Below are positions 35,198-45,719 of a DNA stretch of 64,000 nt, one piece after another. Position 1 is the first letter of the stretch. Each line of letters opens with the position of its first letter. A program made the translations under genes and the position numbers. Origin of the DNA: Azolla caroliniana (Eukaryota; Plantae; Polypodiophyta); NCBI GenBank assembly GCA_043228905.1, contig JBHGNT010000002.1:8742001-8806000 (forward strand). The letters run 5' to 3'. The notes below the pieces were generated by a model that was not told where the DNA came from, did not search any database, and saw only the letters and a list, made by a program, of their open reading frames with translations.

Positions 35198-36616
35198 CTA
35201 CTCGTATGTCTCCAACTCCAACTGAGTTGCGAGCTGCCCGTCATCCAACCTCTCTACCAACCCTCGGATTTCTTTGAGATGTTCTTCCGCTAAAGCGTAG
35301 AAATCCTCCGACAATTCTTCCCGAATGGTGACGATACTTTCTTCATCCATTTTGTAGAACTTGTCACCGGTCTTCCTCTGATTCTCGGCATCCGCTCGGA
35401 GTGTCTGCAGCTCGGCTGCCTGTTGTGACCACTCCTTCCATAGCTTTTCCGTACTTTCATTGATGCTTGCCTGAGCTCGGGTACTCCATCCTGACATGAT
35501 GAGCTTGATCCGGTCAACCCCCGCCTTAGCATGCGCATAAGCTTCTTGCTTTTCCTTCCTTGCCCGTTTTATAATGTCGGCCATTATCTGAGCCTGGGCC
35601 TCGTAATCCGCTTTCTGCTTTTCATAGGTACTTTGCAGTTTGCTAATTGTGAAGGTCGATTTTTCCTTTTCTTCATTCCTGATCTTGGTCAGATCCAGTT
35701 TTTCCCGCCTTCGCGCCTCTAATTCCTTCCTTCTCTCCGTCGCTTGGGCTATTTCCGCCGACAATGCTTCCTTGTTGGCACTGACCTCATCCATTGCCTT
35801 AGCCAGGTCTAATCGGGTCTCTTTGAGCTGTTCTTTCAGCTTCTCTATTTGCCGGTCGTAGTCTGTTGCCCGTTTCTTGTTGTCCGACTCGGCCTGCTTG
35901 TGATCTCGGTAGAGACGGTCGAAGTCCTCCGTCTTCTGCTTCAGGCGTCGGTTTGCCTGAGCTCTTAACCGATCGTCCCGGTCCTTCTGTTGTCGGAGTA
36001 CTTCCTGCAGTCGTTCTATCTCCTGCTCGGCATGTCGACGCAGTCGGTCCTTCTCCTTTTGCAGCTTCTCTTTTTCTTCTTGCAGTCGGTCATTAGTGGC
36101 TCGACCTTTCCGGAGGTCTTCTTCCATTTTTCGTCTGTCGTCCTCCACCGCTTTCTGCTGCTCCCTTTCTCTTTCCCTTAATGCCTCCTGAGCTTTTAAC
36201 TCCTCTCGTAAGGTTTCTATTATTTTTTCGTTCTCAGGGCCGGTTTGCAAGGCTACCGGTTCCGGTTCCGGTTGCTTCCTTGTTGTCCCGACCGGCTCGG
36301 TGACAACTTGTGCTTGTTGAATTCCTTCCCTTGCCTGCAACAACTCCCCTTGCATTTCCTCGATCTGTGTTCGGAGCGCGACTAACTCCTGAGTTGTTGT
36401 ATGCGTCAGCTGTTGCCTACACATTTCTTCTTTCTCTAACTGGTCCGCTACTCCCGATAACTGCTCCGAAAGCCATCTCAACCATTGTGGCTTTGTTCTT
36501 CCTGTGTCGGGGTGGCCTTGCTTACTTAACTCAGGCTGTTTTTCCGGCCTTTTCTCTGGCTCCGGCGCTTGTTCATTCTTCTTCTCTGGGATGACCGGTT
36601 CTCTGAAGTCCGGCAC
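35198..36616 (-). CDS. Extra ORF of gypsy E, coiled-coil portion (reads on to 34712 past two stops)
   Basis: 472-aa E/K/R/Q-rich ORF; after TAG at 35198 the frame continues DRLRQE..EQSVLDILEEE* (34712). Confidence 0.75.
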   Translation of the reverse strand: MPDFREPVIPEKKNEQAPEPEKRPEKQPELSKQGHPDTGRTKPQWLRWLSEQLSGVADQLEKEEMCRQQLTHTTTQELVALRTQIEEMQGELLQAREGIQQAQVVTEPVGTTRKQPEPEPVALQTGPENEKIIETLREELKAQEALREREREQQKAVEDDRRKMEEDLRKGRATNDRLQEEKEKLQKEKDRLRRHAEQEIERLQEVLRQQKDRDDRLRAQANRRLKQKTEDFDRLYRDHKQAESDNKKRATDYDRQIEKLKEQLKETRLDLAKAMDEVSANKEALSAEIAQATERRKELEARRREKLDLTKIRNEEKEKSTFTISKLQSTYEKQKADYEAQAQIMADIIKRARKEKQEAYAHAKAGVDRIKLIMSGWSTRAQASINESTEKLWKEWSQQAAELQTLRADAENQRKTGDKFYKMDEESIVTIREELSEDFYALAEEHLKEIRGLVERLDDGQLATQLELETYE

Positions 36617-36898
36617 AACCGGTGTCGGTGCTGCTTCCCTCGGTACGGGTTCCGGTACTGTTTCCGCCTCGGCTACTGGAGGTGGTCCTTGCGCCCTCTG
36701 CTGAGTTTTGTCAACTGGTGGAGCTGGTCCTTTCGCCCGTCTCTCCCAACCTTGTCTTGCTGGGAGTCTTACCAGTGGTTCGAATGAGTCTTCTGTTTCA
36801 GCTTCCTCCTTCGGTGCGGTTACCAGACGGGACCTTTTGTATAAAGACCTCTGGTTCCGGTTCCGGCCGTCACAGCGTTATATGGATTGGTTTGCGCG

Positions 36899-37882
36899 CT
36901 ACCGGTTCCTCCTCGGCCGATTTCCCTTTGCCTTTACCTGCCGGTTTCCCTTTGTTGCCGGTTCCTGTTGCTGTCGGGATGGTCCTTCCCCCCGTTGTTC
37001 TGCTTCTTGTTGGGTCCATCCGGGGGTGTGTTTCTCCAGGATCTGTCGGCGCTTTGTGACCTTTTTCGGCGTCGTCTCCTGCCGACCTCTTTTCTTTTGT
37101 GTGATGGGGAGCACCGGTGGGACTAACACCGTTAGCCATTGTGCTATCCCGGCCCATGGCTTTTTTCCTTCCCCAAGATTCTTGATGGCCTCCTTCAATC
37201 CTTCGGTTATGAAATGGAGCCAGTCTACATGTAATCCTTCGTATGCTGCTATTAAGAACGTTGCCCGGTACTTGGCTATGGCCGGGGGACGAGGATTCAC
37301 GAATCCGTATTCCATCATGGCGCGGGCCACTTCTCCGAACAACAGGTTCTCTCCGCTCTGTGTTCGGTACGCCTTGCTGCTGATAGAGTACTCACCGAAA
37401 TATTCGAACAGGATTTCGCTTGAAGGGTTTTCGATTGTTTGAAGCCCTCCTGCTTTTATCCCCGTGAGTGCCTGCACCGCTCCTTCCGTGACTTCTGATA
37501 AATCGATCGATGCTGCTGCCTGCTCTGGTTCTACGTGTGGTGGAGCGTCGGCGATCCGCAGCAATCCTTTTAACCTGTTCTCCCTCATCCATTGGCGTGC
37601 CTCCTCCGACAGTACCATTGTTTCGAATTCTTCTTCTGCTGCCTGTTGTTCGGGATCGGGCTGTGTGTGCTCTGTGCGTCGGATCGCTCTTCTGTGCTTT
37701 TGCGCCTGTATGTAGGAAAATTCGTAAAAAGTGAGTCCTTCGCAGGCCTGTGTCTTATATAGTGGCTTTTGCCTCGAGCCGCCCTTTTCCGTTTCCCGCG
37801 CATGTTCCTCTCCCGCCATAATTAGTATGTCCTTTCTTGTTTGCCACGTGTGAGTGCCCACGTTCCATGCTTTAAATAGCAA
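36899..37882 (-). CDS. Extra ORF of gypsy E, N-terminal globular domain (likely frameshifted from the coiled-coil part)
   Basis: MVLSEEARQWMRENRLKGLLRI, YFGEYSISSKAYRT, YEGLHVDWLHFITEGL, KKRGR; homologs in D and H; true start uncertain. Confidence 0.75.
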   Translation of the reverse strand: MLFKAWNVGTHTWQTRKDILIMAGEEHARETEKGGSRQKPLYKTQACEGLTFYEFSYIQAQKHRRAIRRTEHTQPDPEQQAAEEEFETMVLSEEARQWMRENRLKGLLRIADAPPHVEPEQAAASIDLSEVTEGAVQALTGIKAGGLQTIENPSSEILFEYFGEYSISSKAYRTQSGENLLFGEVARAMMEYGFVNPRPPAIAKYRATFLIAAYEGLHVDWLHFITEGLKEAIKNLGEGKKPWAGIAQWLTVLVPPVLPITQKKRGRQETTPKKVTKRRQILEKHTPGWTQQEAEQRGEGPSRQQQEPATKGNRQVKAKGNRPRRNR

Positions 37883-38071
37883 GTACGCGCACGTCCTTCT
37901 TTAATGCATGGTGCCTCTTCGTTGCATGGTGGCGCTCCCACCTCTTGTGATCTCCCCATCATTACTATGATTCGCGTCGATTTTGCCCACGTCTTCTTCT
38001 TCTTTTTTTCTCTTTTTTTTTTCTCTTTTTTTTTCTCTTTTTTTTTTTTTTTTTTCTTTGTTTGGACCAAG

Positions 38072-41000
38072 TCATTTGCTGGTCCCTCCCGATTTGTTCG
38101 GGTCGGTTCGGGTGGATACCGGATCCTTCTGTCGGTTTTCCGGGATAGTCTTTGTCAGTATCGGTGTCGGTTCTTCCTCGGTCTGAATATCTTCAGCAGT
38201 GTTTGTCGGTGTCGGTTCCTCATCTTGCCGGATTTCCGGGTTTTGCTTGAACGGGTTCGCTGGCATATTTCCCTTATACGGCTTTAGCCGAAACCCATTT
38301 GCCCACTTGCCGATAACATCTCCAGACAACGTGCCGAGCTTATACGACCCATTGTACTCCTTGGTGATCCAGAACGGTCCGGTCCACCGAAACCGCAACA
38401 TTCCCGGCATGTTCCCCATCCGTGTCTGGAATAGTAGCACCGGTTTCCCGACTTCGAAATCCTTTTCGTTGCCACGCCGGTGTCGGTCCACGAAAGCTTT
38501 TCTCCTCCTTTGCTCCAGTTCGAGTTGTAGTAAGCTGGCTATTCGGTTTTCTTCTAATTCCAACAACGTCGCCAGCCGGATTCGTTCGGACTCGTTCTCA
38601 CTTAAGCGCTCCTTCACCTGAATCCGTAAGTTGGGGATCTGGAACTCTACCGGCATGACCGCTTCTAAACCGAATGCTAGTCGGAACGGGGTTGTCCGGA
38701 TGCTGGTTTTGTACGTTGTTCGGTACGCCCATAGCGTGCTTTGCAATTTCGTATCCCAGTCGGTCCGGTTCTCGTTGACGATTTTTCGTAGGATGTTCTG
38801 CAGAGTTTTGTTCGTTGATTCCGCTAGTCCATTGGCTTGAGGGTAGTAGGGAGTACTCTTTTTATGTACCACCGCGTAAAATGACGTCAGGCTTTCTACT
38901 ACCTGCCCGAGAAAATGTCCTCCTTGGTCACTTATAAGCTCGATCGGGCATCCATACCGGCACCATATGCACTCGTACAGGAACTTTGCCGTGGACGCGG
39001 CCGTGTTGTCCCGTAAGGCCTTTGCTTCTACCCATTTGGTGCAATAGTCGGTTGCCACTATGACATACCGATTTCCGGTTTGCATTGCCGGTGGCTTGAA
39101 GGGACCGACAAAGTCCAACCCCCACTTTTGAAACGGTTCCAAAGGCAAGACCGGGTGGTGTGGCATCCGGGCCTGCTCCGTGGGTTGGCCCAGTCGTTGA
39201 CACAAATTGCATTCTCTGCTATACTTCACGGCATCTTTTAGGGTGGTGGGCCACCACAGTCCGCTCTGCCATATTTTCCGAGCGGTTGCGTCGCCGGCAT
39301 AATGCCCGCCGGCAATTCCACAGTGGGCTTCCCTGAGGATTAAATCCTTCTCATCGCTCCGCACTGCTCGTCTCCAGATGCCATCTGCCCCCTTGTGATA
39401 GAGGGTGTCTCCAACCAAGCAGAAATGTTTGCTTCTTACTGCTACCCTTTTCCTTTCATCGCGGTCGATGTTCTCCGGGGGAACTCCGGTGCTCAGGAAC
39501 TGATGCATCTCAGTTAGCCACGTGTCTTCATCGGCTACCGTTGCATCCGTTGCCGGTTTCGTCGTGATCCGGAACAACTCGGCGTCGGGAAACTCATCCT
39601 GGACGCCGTCCCCTGCTTCTCCGGATTCGAGTCTGCTTAGGTAGTCCGCTACCGCATGCTTCGCCCTGGGTCGGTGGAAAATGTCAAATTCAAATTCCTG
39701 TAACAGCAGTGTCCATCGTGCAATTTTTCTCGTCAGGGATGCCTTCGAGACCAGGTAGAGTAGTGCCGAATGGTCGACATGGAAGGAAAACTTCCTTCCG
39801 AGCAGATAGTGCCTGTACTTTGTGACACTATACACCATTCCCAATGCCTCGCGTTCCGTCGTAGAGTAATTCCGTTCGGCTTCTGAGAGTTTCCAGCTTG
39901 CATAGTACACCGGTCGGTACCATTTCGGCTCCGTGAGTTGCATCAGAACGTTGCCGATTGCTACGTCCGACGCGTCGACGAAGACGTGAAAGCTTTTACT
40001 CCAATCCGGCGGTTGCACCACCGGAGCTTGCGACAGCATAACCTTCAACGCTTGGTAGGCTTCCTCCTCCGTCTCCGCCCATAGGAAGGGTACCCTGTGT
40101 ACGGCGGTATGTAATGGTGTAGCGAAGTCTGCGAGGTGCCGTATCATCCGGCTTTGCCACCTTATTTGGCCCAGGAACCGGCTTAAAGCCTTTGCGTTAT
40201 TTGGTGCTGGTGCCTCGAGAATCGCCTTGACTTTATCCGGATCTACCGCGATTCCTTCCTTACTCACCACGTGCCCTAGTAAGTTGCCGCTTGCCACTCC
40301 AAAGACGCACTTGGCCGGGTTCAGGCTCAATCGGTACTCGCGGCACTTCTCCAAGCACAGCCGGAGGTGATCGAGATGCTCTCCGTGCCGGCTATAGACC
40401 GCGAAATCGTCAAGGAAGACCTGCATAAAACCGGGGATATATTCCCCGAAAATTTCCATTATTATCCTTTGAAAGGTCGTTGGAGCCGTCTTTAGTCCGA
40501 ACATCATCACGACCGCGACGAACACTCCCCATTCCGTCACGAACGTTGTCTTCTCCTGGTCGGCCGGGTTCATTCGTCTTTGGTTGTAGCCGCTAAATCC
40601 ATCCAGGAAGCTGTAAACTTCGTGGCCGGCTACCGCATCTAGCACCCCGTCCGTAAATGGTAGTTTGCAGAAATGCATACACATGGGCTTTTGCATCCGG
40701 ATCATCTCGGTACTTGGGATATTGGAATGACATGTGTTGTCCGGTGTCGGAACACGAGCTAGTGGTGTCGGAGGTCTCCCCTCCTCTTCTTTCGATGTTT
40801 CACGTAGTAGGGTCAGAGGTTGATCCACCGCTTGCCGGTCTGGGGCTTCCCGTTCCGTTAATTCCGATTCTGGTGTCAGCAAGGTATCCGGCTGCTCGTC
40901 CTCCGGTTCGTCTGGCATGTCGTGGCTGCTACAGTAATTCGAATGGGCGCTGCATTCGGCGTCCGAATCCGATTCGAAGGCCGAGAATGGTTCGAGATCG

Positions 41001-41113
41001 CCTTCCCCTGTCGCTAATGCCTGCAGAATGGATTCCACGTCCCGAAGACTGCTCAAGCTGCTTCCTTCGTCCGGGTGGGAATTCTGTTGCACGCGGAGTG
41101 ACTCCGCGGCCAC
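38072..41113 (-). CDS. pol: Gypsy pol (RT-RH-INT of E), 5'-deleted and fused in frame to an acidic gag N-terminal/leader segment
   Basis: 1013-aa ORF; RT begins abruptly at LPFTDGVLD (~40660); FLDDF, DASDVA, HHCC zinc finger, WGLDF, WTGPF; no protease or capsid. Confidence 0.92.
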   Translation of the reverse strand: MAAESLRVQQNSHPDEGSSLSSLRDVESILQALATGEGDLEPFSAFESDSDAECSAHSNYCSSHDMPDEPEDEQPDTLLTPESELTEREAPDRQAVDQPLTLLRETSKEEEGRPPTPLARVPTPDNTCHSNIPSTEMIRMQKPMCMHFCKLPFTDGVLDAVAGHEVYSFLDGFSGYNQRRMNPADQEKTTFVTEWGVFVAVVMMFGLKTAPTTFQRIIMEIFGEYIPGFMQVFLDDFAVYSRHGEHLDHLRLCLEKCREYRLSLNPAKCVFGVASGNLLGHVVSKEGIAVDPDKVKAILEAPAPNNAKALSRFLGQIRWQSRMIRHLADFATPLHTAVHRVPFLWAETEEEAYQALKVMLSQAPVVQPPDWSKSFHVFVDASDVAIGNVLMQLTEPKWYRPVYYASWKLSEAERNYSTTEREALGMVYSVTKYRHYLLGRKFSFHVDHSALLYLVSKASLTRKIARWTLLLQEFEFDIFHRPRAKHAVADYLSRLESGEAGDGVQDEFPDAELFRITTKPATDATVADEDTWLTEMHQFLSTGVPPENIDRDERKRVAVRSKHFCLVGDTLYHKGADGIWRRAVRSDEKDLILREAHCGIAGGHYAGDATARKIWQSGLWWPTTLKDAVKYSRECNLCQRLGQPTEQARMPHHPVLPLEPFQKWGLDFVGPFKPPAMQTGNRYVIVATDYCTKWVEAKALRDNTAASTAKFLYECIWCRYGCPIELISDQGGHFLGQVVESLTSFYAVVHKKSTPYYPQANGLAESTNKTLQNILRKIVNENRTDWDTKLQSTLWAYRTTYKTSIRTTPFRLAFGLEAVMPVEFQIPNLRIQVKERLSENESERIRLATLLELEENRIASLLQLELEQRRRKAFVDRHRRGNEKDFEVGKPVLLFQTRMGNMPGMLRFRWTGPFWITKEYNGSYKLGTLSGDVIGKWANGFRLKPYKGNMPANPFKQNPEIRQDEEPTPTNTAEDIQTEEEPTPILTKTIPENRQKDPVSTRTDPNKSGGTSK

Positions 41114-41285
41114 TCGCCGGATTACATTGGAAAGTGATCGATCCGCACGGATCTCTTCTGCCGCCCGCTAGAAAGCCTCTCGCTTCCGCAATCGTTCGGC
41201 AATTCTTCTTGCTCACTCCGTAACCGGGTCGTTCGTTGGTCTAGTCATCCATTCCCGCTGCTATTCGCTATGTTTGTGCAAGAAT

Positions 41286-41296
41286 CGTGGTCGCCA
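41286..41296 (-). promoter_or_regulatory. PBS of gypsy D, tRNA-Arg type
   Basis: TGGCGACCACG, 7 nt from the LTR; tRNA assignment from memory. Confidence 0.75.
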
Positions 41297-41303
41297 AAAA
41301 CTG

Positions 41304-41765
41304 TGTTATCCCTAGGAGTCGTACAATGCCCTAACACAGAGTGTCCCTTTGAAACACTTCACCAAACGGGGGGTTGCAGTGAGATAAAGTTAGACCGAAA
41401 TATTAATGAAACCCTAATCGGTTAATAATCGGCAAGATCATTAGTCACAATACACGCGTAAGATGAATTACACTTAGCACAGAACGATAATTAACATTGA
41501 TTAAGATATAGAACAACAACACTCTATTAATTATCCGCTAATGATTACAATCTAACCGGGCCCTTTTATAGGTCCCCGGCTCTAAGTACAAACCGGTGCC
41601 AACCGGCGACCGGATATGAACCGGTCCGGATTCGGATCGGCATACCGATTCCGGTCTGTCCGTTCGCTTCTCAAAATATCCTTCTAAATATTATAGATAG
41701 TCAGCTCCCAATTCTTAATTATCCCCCTTTTTTTATTCTGGATTTTCCTTGCCAGCCGGCTAACA
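41304..41765 (-). repeat. 5' LTR of gypsy D
   Basis: 462 bp, colinear with 12371-12831. Confidence 0.93.
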
Positions 41766-44700
41766 TCTAAATCCGTGAATCTGTCTAGATGGGGTCTACC
41801 AGAGCCGAATCGGAGGCACATGCACAAGGTGTCTTTCAAATACCATAGTATCCACTTGACCGCATTCGAGTGCTCTCTTCCGGGATTGCTCATGAACTGG
41901 CTCACCACTCCAACTGCATATCTGATATCCGGTTGGGTACACACCATTGTGTACATCAAGCTCCCAACGGCAGAGGCATATGGTATCTTCATCATATCCA
42001 CCTTCTTTGCCTTTGTCCTCGGGCTCTGCTTTCCAGATAGCTTGCAGTTTGCCGAAAGTGTCGACCCGACCGGTTTCACATCTGACATGCTGAACCGCTC
42101 AAGCACCTTTGTCACGTACTTTTCCTATGACAGCCACAATAGCTTCTTCGACCGGTCCCTGATGATGTGCATCCCCAATATTTGTCTTGCTAGCCACAAG
42201 TCTTTCATTGAGAAGTTATGGTTCAGAGCCTTCTTCAGAATCCGAATCTTGACTTGATCTCGTCCGACGATTAACATATCATCCACATATAGGAGGAGTA
42301 TGAGGAAGTCTCCTCCGTCAAACTTCTTCACAAACACGTAGTGATCGGCTTGTGTCTTGTGCTACCCTTGGTCGATCATGAAGGAGTCGAACTTCCGGTA
42401 CCATTACTGGGGGGCTTGCTTCAGTCCGTATAGGCTCTTCTCCAGCCGGCACACCAGGTGCTCCTTACCTTTCCTCTCAAATACTTCCGGTTGATGCATG
42501 TAGATCTCTTCTTCAAGGTCTCCGTGTAGAAATGCCATCTTGGTGTCCAATTGCTCTACCTCGAGGTCCATGCTTGCCACTATGCCCAATACCGTCCGGA
42601 TGGATGTCATCTTTACTACCGGGGCAAAGATCTCATCGAAGTCCACTCCTTTCTTCTGCTGGAAGCCCTTCATCATGATTCGGGCCTTATACCTTGGTGG
42701 ATTTCTGGCATCTCCCGGTTTCAGCTTGTACACCCACTTGTTCTGGAGTGCTCTCTTCCCTTTTGGCAACTCCGTCAGTTCATATGGGTGATTCTCATGC
42801 AGGGAATCCATCTTGTCCTGCATGGCACTCAACCACTTGCGGCTGTGGGTGTCTCTCTTTGCTTCTTCTAAGCTTTCCGGCTCCCCCTCATCGGTTAGTA
42901 ACACATGCTCTGCATTCGGAAATCTACGGGGGGGCCTTCTCTCTCGAAGAGGATATATCTGTCCTTGGATTCTGACTACCGGTTCCACCATTTGTTCCGA
43001 ATCCGAATCCGATTCGGGATCTTGTCCGGTTCCAATGTCTTGTTGTTGTTGTTGTTCTTCTTCTTCTTCTGTCGGTTCGGTTTCCTATCCGTATCCAGTT
43101 CGTCGAGTGTCATCCGATTACCGGCTAACATCCGGTTTTCAACCGAATCGATCCTTCTGTCCTCAAGCCAGTTTTCATTTGATGATCCGGAGTTCATCAC
43201 CTTCTTCTCGAACTCCTAGACGACAATGGTCCTGTCTTCCATGAAGACTATGTTCCGACTCCGGAACACCTTTTTTCGACCAGATCCCACACCTAGTAAC
43301 CGAACTCATCATCATATGCATGTCCGGGACTTCGGATAAAGCTTAGCTCTCTTGTCCTTTGCCACATGCACATATGCGAGACATCCGAACACCTTCATAT
43401 GCCGGTAAGACACATGCTTACCGGTCCATACTTTCTGAGGTGAGTCTCCTTCCAAGGGTGTTGAGGGTGATCTATTTATCACATAGGTCACTCTTGGGTA
43501 ACTTTGCATGTGCTAGCATGTTCCAGACTCTCTCCATTATTGTCCGGTTCATCCTTTTGGCCTGCCCGTTTAGTTACGGCGTCTTCAGCACAGTGAATTC
43601 GAGCCAGATTCCCTTCTACCGGCAGTACTCCTCGAACTGCCCCCGGTATTCTCCTCCATTATCTGCTCGAACCGCCTTTAGCTTCCGGCCGGTTTCTCTT
43701 TCCACTCTCACATGGAGCTCCTTGAAGACGGATAGCACCTGATCCTTCGTCTTCAATGATGAGACCCACAACTTCCGGTTGTGGTCATCTATGAACGTCA
43801 CAAAGTATTGCGATCCGGCATGTGACTTCGTGTCCACTTGACAAACATCAGTATGCACCACCTCCAATTGTGCATGCCATCTCATTGGTGGTCTTGAATG
43901 GAAGGAGGTTCGGTTTTTCTTGCCGGCCAAGCAATCGGTGCACTTCTCAACTTGCACGTCCTTCACCACAACTCACCCACAGTGTCAGAAGCAATGTTCA
44001 CTTCTTCTTCCCGGCATAACCAGGGGTTCATCAGGTACAATGTGTAGGCTTCCCTTGATGAACTTCATGACTCCGTTCCGGATGCTACCCATGTAGCGTT
44101 CATCATCTAGCCGACCGGCTGATATCCTGTTCAGTCGAACCTCCGGAACGTGTCAAACATCCTTCAACAACAACTTGCATCCGGTTGGTGTCGCCAACCA
44201 CACGTCTCCTATGCCGACAATTCGGCATGTACCTTCATTCCCCATCCGGACATAGCCGTGCTCACCGAGTGTGTAGGATGAGAAGAATTTTTGGTCCGGG
44301 GTAAGGTGGAATGACGCTCCAAAATCGACAACCCACGTTGTCTTGTCGCCGGCAAGGTTCAACTCACTCTCTTCGGTGATGAGCATTAGTTCCTCTTCAC
44401 TTGCCGTGATTGCCCTTGTTCCCTTCCGGGCCAGGCCTAGCTGATCTGAACCATTTCGGTTTGGTGACTTCTTCAAATCAGTATTGTCAGGTCCCTTGTC
44501 TTTCTGGAAATGCCGACAGTTCTTCTGGAAATGCCCCAGCTTGCCGGAATAGAAGCATGTGGGCCTCCCCCTTGACTTTTCTCGGCTCTGGGGACTCCGA
44601 TTCCTTTGTCTTCCGCATTCCGATTCAATAAGGAGGGCTTTGGCGTCGGAGATCACCTCCTTGCTAGGGATAACTTTGTTTTCCTTCCGGCCCGGCGTTG

Positions 44701-45188
44701 CCCAACGTGACAACTAACGACTCCCAACTATCCGGGAGGGAACAGAGCAGGAGTAGAGCAAGTACCTCATCGGCAAGAGGTACTTCCAATGAGGTTGCAT
44801 GATGTATCAATCCCCAGAAGGCATTCATGTGCTCCGCCATGCTGGAGCCGTCTTGTTACCTGAGCGTCACTAGGTTTCGGAATACCGAAACCTAGTTAAC
44901 ATCATTCTTGTTCTAGAACATGATGCCGATCTTCTCCCAAAGTTCATGACCCTTACTATTTTCATTGAATTTGTTGTAGAAGCTCATGTCGATGAAGCAC
45001 CGAATGTATGTCGTCGTCTTCATGTGCATCACCTCCCACACTGTGGCATCGATCTTATCCGATCTCTTGTCCCCGAACTAAACTGGCAACCAAAGATCTT
45101 TAACCACCAGCATGTCCCTCATCTTCGACTTCCACATTGAGTAGTTGGAGCCGGTGAGCTTGAACATGCCGCCGAACGATTCTTCCAT
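41766..45188 (-). pseudogene. pol: Copia A' gag-pol, fragmented
   Basis: ORF fragments 44153-44713 (gag/PR), 43616-43969 (INT), 42404-42991, 42125-42337 (YVDD) and 41684-42115. Confidence 0.92.
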
Positions 45189-45217
45189 TTCCTGTGTTGT
45201 TCACTTTGATACCAGTT

Positions 45218-45719
45218 TGTTGAGAATATGCCTGAATATTGCTCGGCCATAGCTGAGTCTTGAACACTTCTAACGGAAAAAGAAAAAAAAACAGAAATGC
45301 GAAATAAAGAGTGAACACAAGATGTTTACGTGTAAAACCCGAATAGTGAAAATCCAAGGGAGCCCACAGGCTCCGAACTATCACTATGAAGAGAAGGGTT
45401 ACAATCAGACACTCGTAGGCAACAACCTCGAGCTCTGTTTCTTCGCCAACCGGCGGTTACAATAGAGTATTTCTCTGTATCTCTCACTCCCTCTCTGTCG
45501 CTCTCTACTATACAACAGTTACAATCAACAATGATCAACAACCTTACAAAGTGATTGCCCTAAGTCATATTTATACTTATATGAACTTAGGGCTAATTAC
45601 AAATATAGCCTCAGTGGGCTTACTCAAAACATATTTACAGATATGTCTTCTCTTCCGGTTCTCACCGGGTCCTCTTTATTCATCACCAGATCCCATCCAG
45701 AGAGACCGATTTCCCAACA
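45218..45719 (-). repeat. 5' LTR of copia A'
   Basis: TGTTG..CCAACA next to the degenerate PBS TGGTATCAAAGTG. Confidence 0.9.

Larger units (their letters stand above)
12371..41765 (-). mobile_element. Non-chromovirus Ty3/gypsy element D, expanded by nested insertions
   Basis: Matching LTRs 12371-12831 and 41304-41765; degenerate TSD TTTGA/TCTAA inside copia RNase H; PBS TGGCGACCACG at 41296-41286. Confidence 0.88.
11872..45719 (-). mobile_element. Tnt1-like copia A', split by gypsy D
   Basis: 5' LTR 45218-45719, PBS 45202-45214, gag-pol 41766-45188, RNase H end 11916-12370, PPT 11903-11915, and 3' LTR stub 11872-11902 matching 45689-45719. Confidence 0.85.

Noticed and set aside
35198-36616. 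Host SMC/myosin-like gene or retroviral env
   Set aside because: It lies between pol and the 3' LTR, has a colinear homolog in element D, and shows no ATPase motifs, introns or transmembrane segment
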